A DNA stretch of 64,000 bases, from contig CAVSQE010000019.1 in the NCBI GenBank assembly GCA_963729915.1, forward strand, positions 42,292 through 106,291, in the 5' to 3' direction. Below the pieces are notes generated by a model, which saw only the letters and a list, made by a program, of their open reading frames with translations, was not told the origin of the DNA and ran no database searches. This document shows positions 46,668-56,528 of the stretch, piece after piece. The translations under genes and the position numbers were made by a program. Within the stretch, counting starts at the first letter, position 1, and each line of letters starts with the position of its first letter. The DNA is from an uncultured Acidobacteriota bacterium. GTDB taxonomy: Bacteria; Acidobacteriota; Terriglobia; Terriglobales; Acidobacteriaceae.

Positions 46668-49343
46668 CTAATACCTTTGCGAATAGACGAGCGCGGAGTA
46701 AATGGTGACGCCGATGGCGGATTGAATGGCGGATTCCATGGTCCGGTTCACCAGGTTTTTGGCGAAAGAATCAGGCACATAGAGGATGTCGCGGTCCTGG
46801 ACGGGCTGGTCGGGATCCTGGCCGTGCAACATGCGCCTGAGGTTGAGAGCAATCATGGTGCGGCCGCCCTTTTGCTCCCGGATGAGCACGGCGTGAGCGA
46901 CGGCAGCATTCAGCGATGGGCCCCAGGCCAGCGAGAGTGCTTGCACGACGGTGAGGCCCTGCACGGGATCGACTGGGAAACCGCCGGGGCGAATCACGTC
47001 GCCGACTACATAGACAAGACCAGCGCGGCTCACCTGCACGGTGTCGCCGGGGCTGAGTTCGGGGTTGTGATCGGAGGCAGTGTCGGTGCCGCTGGGATCG
47101 AGCACCACCGGATGCGCGGTTTTGGGGTCGCCGGAATGAAAGACGTTCACGAGGCGGCCGGCATTGGACGAAAGACCGGAGGCGGCGGAGATCAAGTCGA
47201 GCAGCCGGTGATGGTAGGTGTAGGGATACACGCCGGGATGAGTCACTTCGCCGAGGACGCTCACGTCTTGACCGGCGTAGGCCGTGACAAGCACTGAGAC
47301 CAGCGGATGCAGGAGCATGCCTTTGGCCAAAAGAGCAGCTTCTATGGCATGCGCGGCGGCCTGCTCGTCCATGCCGTTGATGTTGACTTCGCCGATCATG
47401 GGCAGCGTGACCGTGCCGGCAGCAGAGACGCGCACTGTGGAATGGAATTCGGGCGTGTGGTACTCGCTGATGTCGAGGAAGTCGCCGGAAGCGATGAGCG
47501 CGGGCATGGGCGAAGAAGATTGCGCGGCGGCGAGCGGCGGGACTCCTGCGGTGCCTGCGTTGTTCCAAACCGTGGGAGCTTCCTTGGGATTGGGAAGGCT
47601 GCGCGTCTCCTGCGATTGCGGGATGTTGACGACGCCGCTGGGCAGGCCCGAAGTGTTGGGCGTGGGCGGCTGCGCGTGGATACAGGCGCCTGCGGCTAGC
47701 AGCGTAAGGAAGATGGCGGCGGTGCGGGCTGCGGAATTTGCGAGCGATTCGCGGAGCAGCGCGGCGCCTATTGCGATCCAGAGGCCGGCAAAAAAGGTGA
47801 TGGCGAGATAGAGCGGCAGATCGGGTGCGACGGGCTTAACCGGCTGGCGGGCGGCGTTGACAACCGAGATGTTGGAGCTGTGCACACCGGCGGCAAGACC
47901 CGCTTCTTCTGATTTCTCGAGCACACGCACGTAAAGATCGTGGCTGGCATTCGCTTCCTGACGCATGACGGCGTACTCCGTGGCGGCCTCGTTCAACCTC
48001 ATGCCTTCGCTGGTCGCCTGTTCCAGGCTCTTGTGCACTAACTGCTCGCGGTCGAGTGCGGTTTGCCAGTTGCTGCGGAAGCGTTCGTCAAGCTTCGCGT
48101 CTTCCGCCTGCTTCTGCCGGTCGAGATCCTGCAGTTGACGGCCGATCTCGACGACGCGCGGAAAGCTGGGGCCGTGTTCGGCGCTGAGCTGGGCTTGTTC
48201 CTGCTCCAGATCGCTGCGGCGCGCGTGTATCTGCTCGAGAAGCGCGGTGGCAAAGTTGCCGTTTTGAGCTTGCAGGCGCGGATCCGCGGCGATGACCATC
48301 TCGGGATCGCCCTGCGAAGTGGCGCGATACTCGGCTTCCGTGAGGATGCGATCGGTAGTAGCGGCAACAAGCTGGCGGCTGAGTTCGTCGATCTCCAACA
48401 AAACCGACGCGTGCTCGGTTTCGCCCGACTGGCCGTTGGCCTGCACCTCGGGCGTGCTCACAATGCCGTGCTGCGCCTCGAAGTCGGCTAGGCGTTGCTG
48501 ATCGCGATCGACGCGAACCTTCAAATCCGCGAGTTGAGCATTGAGCCAGCCGGATGCTTGCGCTGTGGCCTGAATCTGCGATTCGGTCTCCTGTTCCTGA
48601 TAGGCGCGAATCAGCGCATTGACGACAGCGGCGGACAATGCGGCGTCGCGGGAGCGAAAACGAATCTCCACCAGTAGAGTGCGCGGCATGGTCTGCACGT
48701 GCAGGCGCCATGCAAACCGCTCAAGAAGCCAAGCCTGCGCATCGGGAGCGGGTTGCTCGGGATTGAAACCGGGAAAGCGCTGACTAAACCGGCCACGGAA
48801 TCCCGGCTGCTGATAAAGCTTGAGCCCGGAGATCACGCGCCAGGCAAGTTGATCGCTGCGCAGTTCGCTGGCCAGAGTTTCAAGCGCCATCGGCGCGGAA
48901 AGAGCGGATGCCGAGGCGAAGGGTTCTTGCGCATCGAGCGTGAGTGAGGATGCCGGAGCGGTTCGCAGCTCGACGCGCGCGTTGGCTTCATATTGATTCG
49001 GTGCGATGAGGCAATAAAGAAGGCAGGCGACGAGCAGTGACCCTTCGATCGCGGCAATGAAGCGGCGCCGGCGCCACAGGGCTTGACCCAGCTCGCGCAA
49101 CGAAGTCGATCTGGGCGGCGGCGCTTCGGCTTGGGAATGCGGCGCGGATTCGTCAGGAGATGCAAAATGGACGGACAAATAATCAGGCAAGGGGCAAAAA
49201 CCTCGCTCAAAAGAACTCGCGCAGAGCAAAACCTTCGCCCGATTCCTGCCAGAAGTACGGCCTGAAGCGAAATGGTCCGCCGCGGCATACCGCAGCCGAC
49301 GCCCGCCATGGGCCTCTCCTTCTCCCACGCCAAACAAGGACAA
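46668..49343 (-). CDS. Fusion of a polysaccharide co-polymerase (Wzz/GumC-like PCP, no kinase domain) with an outer-membrane polysaccharide export protein (Wza-like OPX: Poly_export + SLBB); true start uncertain (probably near 49180)
   Basis: N-terminal Wzz motif FIAAIEGSLLVACLLYCLIAPNQYEANARVEL, a long coiled coil, and GNVR-like ISVVNAARQPVKPVAPDLPLYLAITFFAGLWIAIGAALL. An internal lipoprotein-signal-like segment TAAIFLTLLAAGAC follows. Then the OPX core SGDFLDISEY...VSAAGTVTLPMIGEVNINGMDEQAAAHAIE...VSVLGEVTHPGVY and a second SLBB (VYVVGDVIRPGGFP). Confidence 0.75.
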   Translation of the reverse strand: MSLFGVGEGEAHGGRRLRYAAADHFASGRTSGRNRAKVLLCASSFERGFCPLPDYLSVHFASPDESAPHSQAEAPPPRSTSLRELGQALWRRRRFIAAIEGSLLVACLLYCLIAPNQYEANARVELRTAPASSLTLDAQEPFASASALSAPMALETLASELRSDQLAWRVISGLKLYQQPGFRGRFSQRFPGFNPEQPAPDAQAWLLERFAWRLHVQTMPRTLLVEIRFRSRDAALSAAVVNALIRAYQEQETESQIQATAQASGWLNAQLADLKVRVDRDQQRLADFEAQHGIVSTPEVQANGQSGETEHASVLLEIDELSRQLVAATTDRILTEAEYRATSQGDPEMVIAADPRLQAQNGNFATALLEQIHARRSDLEQEQAQLSAEHGPSFPRVVEIGRQLQDLDRQKQAEDAKLDERFRSNWQTALDREQLVHKSLEQATSEGMRLNEAATEYAVMRQEANASHDLYVRVLEKSEEAGLAAGVHSSNISVVNAARQPVKPVAPDLPLYLAITFFAGLWIAIGAALLRESLANSAARTAAIFLTLLAAGACIHAQPPTPNTSGLPSGVVNIPQSQETRSLPNPKEAPTVWNNAGTAGVPPLAAAQSSSPMPALIASGDFLDISEYHTPEFHSTVRVSAAGTVTLPMIGEVNINGMDEQAAAHAIEAALLAKGMLLHPLVSVLVTAYAGQDVSVLGEVTHPGVYPYTYHHRLLDLISAASGLSSNAGRLVNVFHSGDPKTAHPVVLDPSGTDTASDHNPELSPGDTVQVSRAGLVYVVGDVIRPGGFPVDPVQGLTVVQALSLAWGPSLNAAVAHAVLIREQKGGRTMIALNLRRMLHGQDPDQPVQDRDILYVPDSFAKNLVNRTMESAIQSAIGVTIYSALVYSQRY

Positions 49344-49478
49344 AGGGATAACTCTGGCGTTCAGAACGAAAAGCTAATTCTGAGGAAAACCCTGACAGTT
49401 TCTTCCATAACAAGCGATTCGTCAATGCTGCTCGTCACATGTGGGCGCAAACCGGCCAGGGCGGCTCTAGGCTGAGTG

Positions 49479-50426
49479 TTAAGCGGGCTGGCTTGAGTTT
49501 CGATACCACTCGACGGTGCGGCGGAGGCCTTCGGGGAAATCGACGGAGGGCGCGTAGCCGAGGAGTTCGTGAGCCAGGCGGATATCGGCCAGGGAGTGGC
49601 GGATATCGCCAGAGCGCGGCTCGGCATAGGCAGGTTTGCCGCGATAGCCGGTGAGTCCGCAGAGAAGCTCGAAGGTCTGGTTGAGCGTGATGGCCGTGCC
49701 GGTAGCGACGTTCATCATGCGACCCGAGACCTTTTCCGCCGGGGCTGCGGCTGCCAGCAGATTGGCTGCGACTACGTTGTCGATGTAGGTAAAGTCGCGG
49801 CTCTGCTCGCCATCGCCGTGGATGGTGGGCTGCTCGCCCAAAAGCATCTTGCGGCAAAAGATAGCCAGAACGCCGGAGTAGTGCGACGTGGGGTCCTGGT
49901 AGGGACCGAAGACGTTGAAGTAGCGCAGGGTGACGGTTTCGATGCCGTAGACGCGCGTGAAGGCGCGCAGGTAGTGCTCGCCCGCCAGCTTGGCCACGGC
50001 GTAGGGGCTGATGGGATTGGGGAGCATTTCCTCGTGCTTGGGCAGCGTTGGCGTGTCGCCATAGGCCGAGGAGGATCCTGCGTAAATGATGCGGCGCACT
50101 CCGGCGGCACGCGCGGCTACCAGCACGCTGAGAGTTGCATCCACGCAATTGCGATTGGTTGCCGCGGGATCGGCCACCGAGCGCGGGACCGACGCCAGGG
50201 CTGCTTCGTGGAAAACAACCTCGACGCCGGCGCAGGCGCGCTCGCAGACCGCGGGATCGGCCAGGTCGCCTTCGAGGAATTCCATGGCCTCAAGACCCGC
50301 AAGATTGGCGCGCTTGCCGGTAATGAAATTATCGATGCCACGTACTGTTTCGCCACGCTTGAGGAGCGCCGCAGCGATGGAACGGCCAATAAATCCGGCG
50401 ACGCCGGTAACAAGATATCTGGACAA
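49479..50426 (-). CDS. NAD-dependent sugar-nucleotide epimerase/dehydratase (GalE/WbpP-like)
   Basis: Rossmann motif VTGVAGFIGRS and catalytic YAVAKLAGE. TTG at 50426 preceded by gaggt; the ORF track start at 50639 is over-extended. Confidence 0.85.
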   Translation of the reverse strand: MSRYLVTGVAGFIGRSIAAALLKRGETVRGIDNFITGKRANLAGLEAMEFLEGDLADPAVCERACAGVEVVFHEAALASVPRSVADPAATNRNCVDATLSVLVAARAAGVRRIIYAGSSSAYGDTPTLPKHEEMLPNPISPYAVAKLAGEHYLRAFTRVYGIETVTLRYFNVFGPYQDPTSHYSGVLAIFCRKMLLGEQPTIHGDGEQSRDFTYIDNVVAANLLAAAAPAEKVSGRMMNVATGTAITLNQTFELLCGLTGYRGKPAYAEPRSGDIRHSLADIRLAHELLGYAPSVDFPEGLRRTVEWYRNSSQPA

Positions 50427-50620
50427 GTTCGTACCTCGATCAAGGTTGGCCGCACGCCGGACTGGCGAACGGCGCCCGTTGGCAGTGTAACGCGAATCGA
50501 GACCGCCCGAAGAGGCCGTACAATCTAGAGCATCGTGCATCCCGCTGTGGCCCCCTTCCCGAACTTGAACCACTGAAATCCATGATCTGAGCTCATCGTG
50601 TATCGTGACTTGGTGCAACC

Positions 50621-52498
50621 ATGATGGACCTGCTGCCAACTTTGGCCGAGCCCGGGCAGTTTGCGCTCTGGGAGCGAGGGCTGTTCGTCGCGCTTGCCGG
50701 CACGTCGGCGTACGGATTTTGGCGGCGTTTCGGGCCCATCCTCGGAAAGGTTCTCCAATCGAAGAAAGATTCCGATTTTCATCTCTTCCCCATCGGTAAG
50801 CGCGTGCGCGATTTCGTCTGGGAGGTGCTGCTGCAGGCGAAAGTCATTCGCGAGCGGCCGCTTGCGGGTATTGCGCATGCGCTGGTGTTCTGGGCGTTCT
50901 GCGCCTTCGCACTGGTCACGCTGAACCACTGCGCGGCGATTTTGGGCATTGGATTCCTCGATCCCGCCGGTCGCGTAGGGCGACTTTACTTTGATTTTGC
51001 GGCCATCTTTGCCATCGCCTGCGCGGTCGGCATTCTCGGCTTGTTCTCGCGCAGATTCCTGGTCCAGCCCAAATGGCTAGGCAAGGTCTCCTGGGAGTCC
51101 GGGCTGATTGCCTTGCTGATTTTCGCGCTGATGGCAACCTACCTGGCGGCGCTTTTTGTCACGGCGCCGAGCGGCGCAGTGCAGGCGCTGTGGTGGGCGC
51201 ACACACTCACGTTGCTCGCGTTTCTGCCGCTGATTCCGCACACCAAGCATCTGCATTTGCTGCTGAGCCCGTTCACCGTGTTCCTTTCGCGCGGTGAATT
51301 CGCGCACATTCCTCCACTGAGCGGCGACGAAGATTTCGGCCTGGTTGCGGGAAAAGATCTGACGCAGCTCGTAAGCCTGCAGGCGTACTCATGCGTGGAG
51401 TGCGGACGCTGCATGGAACACTGCCCGGCCAACGCGACCGGCAAGCAACTGAACCCGAAAGAAATTGTGCTGGGGTTGCGAGGCTACCTGAACGAGTTCG
51501 GGCCGCGATCGGAGGAACCGCTGCTCGGCAAGTACAACACGCAGGAGGCGGTGTTCGAGTGCACCACTTGCGGAGCTTGCGAGTTTCAATGCCCCGTGGG
51601 CATTGAGCATGTGCCGATCCTGGTGGGACTGCGGCGCGGCGCGGTGAACACGGGCGCGTGGGAGAACGACTACGGATCGAAGCTGTTTTTGGCTTTGGAG
51701 AAAGGTAGTAATGCGTTGGGCCTCAGCGCCACCGAGCGCGACAAGTTTGTGGAGAAGAACGCGCTGCCCGTCTTCGACGGGACGCAAGAATATTGCCTAT
51801 GGCTGGGCTGCATGGGCGGATACGATCCCAAGGGGCGCGAGATCGTGCTGGCTCTGGTGCGGGTGATGCGGCATCTGGGCGCAAGCTTTGGCGTGCTGCG
51901 CAAAGAAAAGTGCACCGGCGATCCGGTACGCCGGCTGGGGAACGATCTGCTCTTTCAGCAACTGGCTGAGGCGAACCTTGAGGCGCTCAAGCAGAACAAG
52001 GTAAAGAAAATCGTAACCATCTGCCCGCATTGCGTGCGCACGATTCAGGAGGATTGGAAGGAGTATGGGACGCCGCCTGAGGTGGAACATCACAGCGAGT
52101 TCCTCGCTCGTTTTGCTTCGCAAATACCTTCCGTCCAAAACCAGGAGAAGATCGTGTTCCACGATCCGTGCTATCTGGGGCGCTATCGTGGGGTGTACGA
52201 CGAGCCGCGGCAGGTGGCGGCGCTGGCTGGCGAGCTGGTCGAGGCGCCACGCTCGCGGGAGCGGAGTTTTTGCTGCGGCGCGGGCGGCGGGCTGGCGTTT
52301 CTCGGCGAAGAAAAAGGTGACCGCGTGAGCCAGGTGCGCGCCGCGGAATTGGTTGCGACAGGAGCCGGTGTAGTCGCCGCGGCCTGCCCCTTCTGCAATA
52401 CGATGTTTCGAGATGCACTCGCGGCGCGCGGTGAAGGTGCGCCGGAGCTGTTGGACATTGCGCAGATTGCGGCGAGAGGATTGCCGAAGAATTCGTAA
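50621..52498 (+). CDS. Membrane-anchored (Fe-S)-binding oxidoreductase (heterodisulfide-reductase-like, CCG domains) associated with ETF
   Basis: Five to six N-terminal TM helices. Two 4Fe-4S motifs (CVECGRCMEHCP, CTTCGACEFQCP). Cys-rich CCG-type repeats (CPHC..., FCCGAGGG, ACPFC). Confidence 0.8.
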   Translation: MMDLLPTLAEPGQFALWERGLFVALAGTSAYGFWRRFGPILGKVLQSKKDSDFHLFPIGKRVRDFVWEVLLQAKVIRERPLAGIAHALVFWAFCAFALVTLNHCAAILGIGFLDPAGRVGRLYFDFAAIFAIACAVGILGLFSRRFLVQPKWLGKVSWESGLIALLIFALMATYLAALFVTAPSGAVQALWWAHTLTLLAFLPLIPHTKHLHLLLSPFTVFLSRGEFAHIPPLSGDEDFGLVAGKDLTQLVSLQAYSCVECGRCMEHCPANATGKQLNPKEIVLGLRGYLNEFGPRSEEPLLGKYNTQEAVFECTTCGACEFQCPVGIEHVPILVGLRRGAVNTGAWENDYGSKLFLALEKGSNALGLSATERDKFVEKNALPVFDGTQEYCLWLGCMGGYDPKGREIVLALVRVMRHLGASFGVLRKEKCTGDPVRRLGNDLLFQQLAEANLEALKQNKVKKIVTICPHCVRTIQEDWKEYGTPPEVEHHSEFLARFASQIPSVQNQEKIVFHDPCYLGRYRGVYDEPRQVAALAGELVEAPRSRERSFCCGAGGGLAFLGEEKGDRVSQVRAAELVATGAGVVAAACPFCNTMFRDALAARGEGAPELLDIAQIAARGLPKNS

Positions 52499-52520
52499 AT
52501 TAAAGCGGGAGCGCTGAAGA

Positions 52521-53291
52521 ATGAAGATCGTTGTGGCTATCAAACAAGTGCCGGATCGGGATGCGCCTGTCCGTATCGACGACAACACGAAGTGGATAGA
52601 AGAGCGTGAGCTCCAATGGGCGATGAACGAGCCGGACGCCTACGCGCTCGAAGAGGCATTGCAGTTGAAGGAGAAGCATGGCGGCGAAGTGATTGTGCTG
52701 AGCGCGGGACCTGAGCGCGTGGGCTCGACGATTCGCGAGGCGCTGGCCAAGGGCGCGGATCGCGCCATCCATATTGTGTGCGACGACCTGGGCGCGCACG
52801 ACGCCTTGGGTGTGGCGCGACTGCTCGCTGCAGCCATCAAGCCGGAAAACCCCGCCCTGGTGCTGACCGGATTGCAGTCGGAAGATCTGGGATTGGGCCA
52901 GACCGGCGTGATCCTCGCCGAGCTGCTGGGGCTGCCGCATGCGACGCTTATTCTGCACGTGGAGAAAACCGATGCGGGCCTCAAGGTAAAGCGTGAACTC
53001 GAAGAGGGATGGTTCCAGTCCGTCGAGATGCCGCTGCCCGCGGTGCTGACCATGCAATCGGGCGGAAACAAGTTGCGCTATGCCACGCTGATGGGCATCA
53101 AGCGCGCCAAGACCAAGGAGCTGCGCGCGATGAGCGCCGCGGAACTGGGCGTGGCAGTTGCATCGACGGTGACACTCGAACAGATTGCGGCCCCGAAGAA
53201 GCAAAAGTCGACGCAGATTCTGGGCGGATCGGCGAAAGAGGCTGCCGTAGCGTTGGTGGAGAAGCTGAAAACGGAGGCGCGGGTGCTATGA
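52521..53291 (+). CDS. etfB: Electron transfer flavoprotein beta subunit
   Basis: MKIVVAIKQVPD... and ALAKGADRAI..; classic EtfB. Confidence 0.9.
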   Translation: MKIVVAIKQVPDRDAPVRIDDNTKWIEERELQWAMNEPDAYALEEALQLKEKHGGEVIVLSAGPERVGSTIREALAKGADRAIHIVCDDLGAHDALGVARLLAAAIKPENPALVLTGLQSEDLGLGQTGVILAELLGLPHATLILHVEKTDAGLKVKRELEEGWFQSVEMPLPAVLTMQSGGNKLRYATLMGIKRAKTKELRAMSAAELGVAVASTVTLEQIAAPKKQKSTQILGGSAKEAAVALVEKLKTEARVL

Positions 53292-54265
53292 GTGTTCTTC
53301 TGGTTTTGGAAGAGAGCGGCGGGACGATTAAACGCGCCAGTTGGGAAGCGCTTGCGGCCGCATTGAAGCTTGGCCCCACGCAAGATGTGACGGCCGTCGT
53401 CATCGGCGCGCAGACCGAGACGTTGGCTGCCGAGGCAGCGACCAGAGGCGTTGGCAAGGTAGTGCGCGTGGAGCACCCTTTACTGGCGCTCTATACAGCG
53501 GATGGATATTCGCTCTCTCTGCATGAACTCATCCAAAACCAGGAAAAAACGAAGTGCGTGCTGTTTCCGCACACGTATCAGGTTCGCGACTACGCGCCGG
53601 CGCTGGCGTGCAAGTTCGGCCAGGTGCTGATCGGCGATGTGATTGCCATCGAAGACGGTCCGGTATTTACGCGGCAACTGCTGCAAGGCCGACTGACCGG
53701 AACCTATCGGCACAGCGGCAACGGGCCGTGCTTTGTGTCAGTGCAGGCGGGTGCGTTCCGGGCGGATGAAGTTGCGGCACAGGCCGGCGCGGCGCCAGCG
53801 CCGATTGAGGTTTTTACGCCGACTCTCGATGCCGCGCAGATTCGCACTAAACCTAGCGAGCCGTTTCGCGAATCGGCGCAGACGGTCGATCTCGGCTCGG
53901 CGCAGCGGATTGTGAGCGTGGGCCGCGGCATCAAGGAAGAGGCGAACATGCCAATGATCGCCGCGCTCGCCACTGCGCTCGATGCGGAGCTGGCCGCATC
54001 GCGGCCCATCTGCGACAACGGATGGCTTCCCCTGGAGCGGCAGGTTGGCAGCTCGGGCCACACGGTTACGCCCAAGCTTTATCTGGCCGTTGGAATTTCC
54101 GGAGCCATCCAGCACCTTGTCGGCATGAAAGGTTCGCAGTGCATTGTGGCCATCAACAAGGACCCCGACGCGCCCATTTTCGAAGTCGCCGATTACGGTA
54201 TTGTGGGCGATCTGTTCGAGGTAGTTCCCGCTCTGACGGAAGCGGTGAGGGCGGCTAAGGCCTAG
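53288..54265 (+). CDS. etfA: Electron transfer flavoprotein alpha subunit
   Basis: The ATG overlaps the etfB stop (ATGA). FAD-binding C-terminus [37 protein letters not shown]. Confidence 0.9.
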   Translation: MSVLLVLEESGGTIKRASWEALAAALKLGPTQDVTAVVIGAQTETLAAEAATRGVGKVVRVEHPLLALYTADGYSLSLHELIQNQEKTKCVLFPHTYQVRDYAPALACKFGQVLIGDVIAIEDGPVFTRQLLQGRLTGTYRHSGNGPCFVSVQAGAFRADEVAAQAGAAPAPIEVFTPTLDAAQIRTKPSEPFRESAQTVDLGSAQRIVSVGRGIKEEANMPMIAALATALDAELAASRPICDNGWLPLERQVGSSGHTVTPKLYLAVGISGAIQHLVGMKGSQCIVAINKDPDAPIFEVADYGIVGDLFEVVPALTEAVRAAKA

Positions 54266-54388
54266 GCGGTGATTGTGCGCTGGAGGAGCCCCTGAGGGCG
54301 CTCGTGGTGACGGAAACAGAATCGCCTATGCACAATGTTCTTATTCCCTTTTCCGCCGCGAAAGAGACTAGATATTTGGCGATTCGGA

Positions 54389-55261
54389 CTACTTCTCAGA
54401 CCCTTCGCAAGTTTCGCCTTGATAGTGAATCGCACTGAGCGGTTGCTTCAGTTGGACGAGAATGTCGGCCCGGACCGTCTGGTACGTCGGTTCACTGTCG
54501 GGATACAACTTGATGAGCGTCTCTGAACTCGCGCTTGGATAGGCTTCAAGAGAGTAGCTGCGGTCACCGGCAGCGGCCTCGTTCGGATGCCGCTGGCTGA
54601 AATCGGTCTGGTCAGCATCTTTGGACTCGAGGTCGATATGCGGAGTGAAACCGGTGCAAGGGTCCCTCTCCTCGTAGAGCAGAAAACTGTCACGGGTGTT
54701 GTGCTGCCCATGCAGCGTGGGATACTCGATCACTCTGAGGAACTCGTTGCCCGTACCAAATGAGTCGATCGGATAGCCGTTATCGGCAGGGAGCGTTCTA
54801 TCGCCTGCGAGGGATGCTTTGCGCATATCGAGCCGCGCTGCTTCGAAATCCTGCCATCGGTTGAGCTTGATGAAATCCTGCAGCAGGCTGTAGCGTACCG
54901 ACCATGTATAGTTGCGGCTGTTAGCGAGCGCGCGCTGGAATAGCGGGATTGACTCTTCGACGTGCCCGGCGCGGACAGCAGCCATTCCGACCATGCTGAG
55001 CGCGCGAGCATCATTGGGATACGAGTCCAGAACTTTCAGGTAGATCTTCAGCGCTCCTTCATAATCGTGGCAGCGTTCCGCAAGGATCGCCGGTGCAAAC
55101 GCATTTTCACGATCTGCCGCGTACTGCGACATGTTTGGACCGGGTACGATTTGTGTTGGCAGTGTGGCCTTACATGGAACTTCAGCGCGGTCTGGAGGGG
55201 ACGGCGTTTGCTGCGCGAAGCAGAAAGTGCCGGCTAGCAGGATCGGCAGCATCTTTCGCAT
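54389..55261 (-). CDS. Secreted TPR-like repeat protein, hypothetical
   Basis: Signal peptide MRKMLPILLAGTFCFAQ and TPR-like helices (YEGALKIYLKVLDSYPNDARALSMVGMAAVRAGHVEESIPLFQRAL). Confidence 0.55.
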   Translation of the reverse strand: MRKMLPILLAGTFCFAQQTPSPPDRAEVPCKATLPTQIVPGPNMSQYAADRENAFAPAILAERCHDYEGALKIYLKVLDSYPNDARALSMVGMAAVRAGHVEESIPLFQRALANSRNYTWSVRYSLLQDFIKLNRWQDFEAARLDMRKASLAGDRTLPADNGYPIDSFGTGNEFLRVIEYPTLHGQHNTRDSFLLYEERDPCTGFTPHIDLESKDADQTDFSQRHPNEAAAGDRSYSLEAYPSASSETLIKLYPDSEPTYQTVRADILVQLKQPLSAIHYQGETCEGSEK

Positions 55262-55429
55262 GCCCGGAATTTAGCAGATTTGCAGAGCGTGGACAAGGGC
55301 TCCAGTCTATGCGCCGGCATGACCATCTCTCATCCACTGCCGTCCCCGACCCACTGTATACAGGAACGCGCGCCACGCGTTATGGTTCTTGTTTGCCGCA
55401 AGTCGGCGTGTGAACGGAGGGAATTCACG

Positions 55430-56431
55430 ATGCTCGCTCCCGAAACGTATCTGGCCGCACTCAGCCTCACGATTTTGACCATGCTGTGCTGGGGATCGTG
55501 GGCCAACACGCTAAAACTGTGCCCCGGCTACCGCTTCCAGCTTTTCTATTGGGACTACGCGATCGGCATGGCGGTAGGTGCGATCTTCTGGGGATTGACG
55601 GCGGGAAGCATGGGGCACGCGGGAACTGCCTTCCTCCGCGACGTGGCGCAAACGCCTGTCGCGCCCCTGCTTTATGCCATGGCGGGCGGCGCAATTTTCA
55701 ACGTGGCGAACCTGCTGCTGGTGGCCGCAATTGATGTAGCCGGCATGGCAGTTGCCTTCCCCGTCGGCATCGGCCTCGCCCTGGTGATCGGTGCAATTTC
55801 AAATTACGTGATCAAGCCAGTGGGCAATCCCGTTCTGCTGTTTGGTGGCGTGGCACTGGTGGTGGTGGCGATTGTGCTGGACGCGGCGGCCTATCGTAAA
55901 CGCGAAGCCACGGCCAAGGCGACGACGGTGCGCGGCATTGTCCTCAGCCTGGCGTGCGGCGTGCTGATGGGCTGCTTTTATCCCTTCGTGGCGCACGCGC
56001 TGAACGGCGAGCCTGGGCAAACAGCGCCGGGGCCGTACGCTGTCACGTTGTTCTTCACCATCGGGTTGCTGATTTCGACCGTGCCCGCGAATTGGCTGCT
56101 GATGAAGAAGCCGCTGGATGGCCGCGAGCCGGTGGACGGCGCGGACTACGGGCGCGCGCCCTTTGGCTGGCACCTGGCGGGAGTGCTGGGCGGAGCTATA
56201 TGGTGCACGGGAGGCGTGGCGAATTTTCTTGCGTCGGGCGCGCACCTGGTGGGCCCGGCGGTCTCGTATAGCATTGGTCAGGGCGCGACCATGGTGTCGG
56301 CGTGCTGGGGCGTGTTTGTGTGGCGCGAGTTTGCCGGCGCGCCGCGCGCGGTCACTGTGCTTCTGGTGTTGATGTTTCTGTCTTTTCTCGTGGGGCTGGG
56401 ATTGGTGGCCGCAGCTCCGCTCTACCCATGA
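55430..56431 (+). CDS. GRP/DMT-family sugar transporter (RbsU/GlcU-like), 10 TM
   Basis: ATG at 55430 preceded by ggaggg. Polytopic, with LCWGSWANTLKL near the N-terminus. Immediately upstream of ribokinase. Confidence 0.6.
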   Translation: MLAPETYLAALSLTILTMLCWGSWANTLKLCPGYRFQLFYWDYAIGMAVGAIFWGLTAGSMGHAGTAFLRDVAQTPVAPLLYAMAGGAIFNVANLLLVAAIDVAGMAVAFPVGIGLALVIGAISNYVIKPVGNPVLLFGGVALVVVAIVLDAAAYRKREATAKATTVRGIVLSLACGVLMGCFYPFVAHALNGEPGQTAPGPYAVTLFFTIGLLISTVPANWLLMKKPLDGREPVDGADYGRAPFGWHLAGVLGGAIWCTGGVANFLASGAHLVGPAVSYSIGQGATMVSACWGVFVWREFAGAPRAVTVLLVLMFLSFLVGLGLVAAAPLYP

Positions 56432-56528
56432 TCGAGATTTCTGACCGTGGAATCTGTACCCGAAGAGTCGTGGTATCCCAGGTCTCAGAATCGAGACCTG
56501 GGGCACCCAGAAACTTGAGCCTTAAGCC

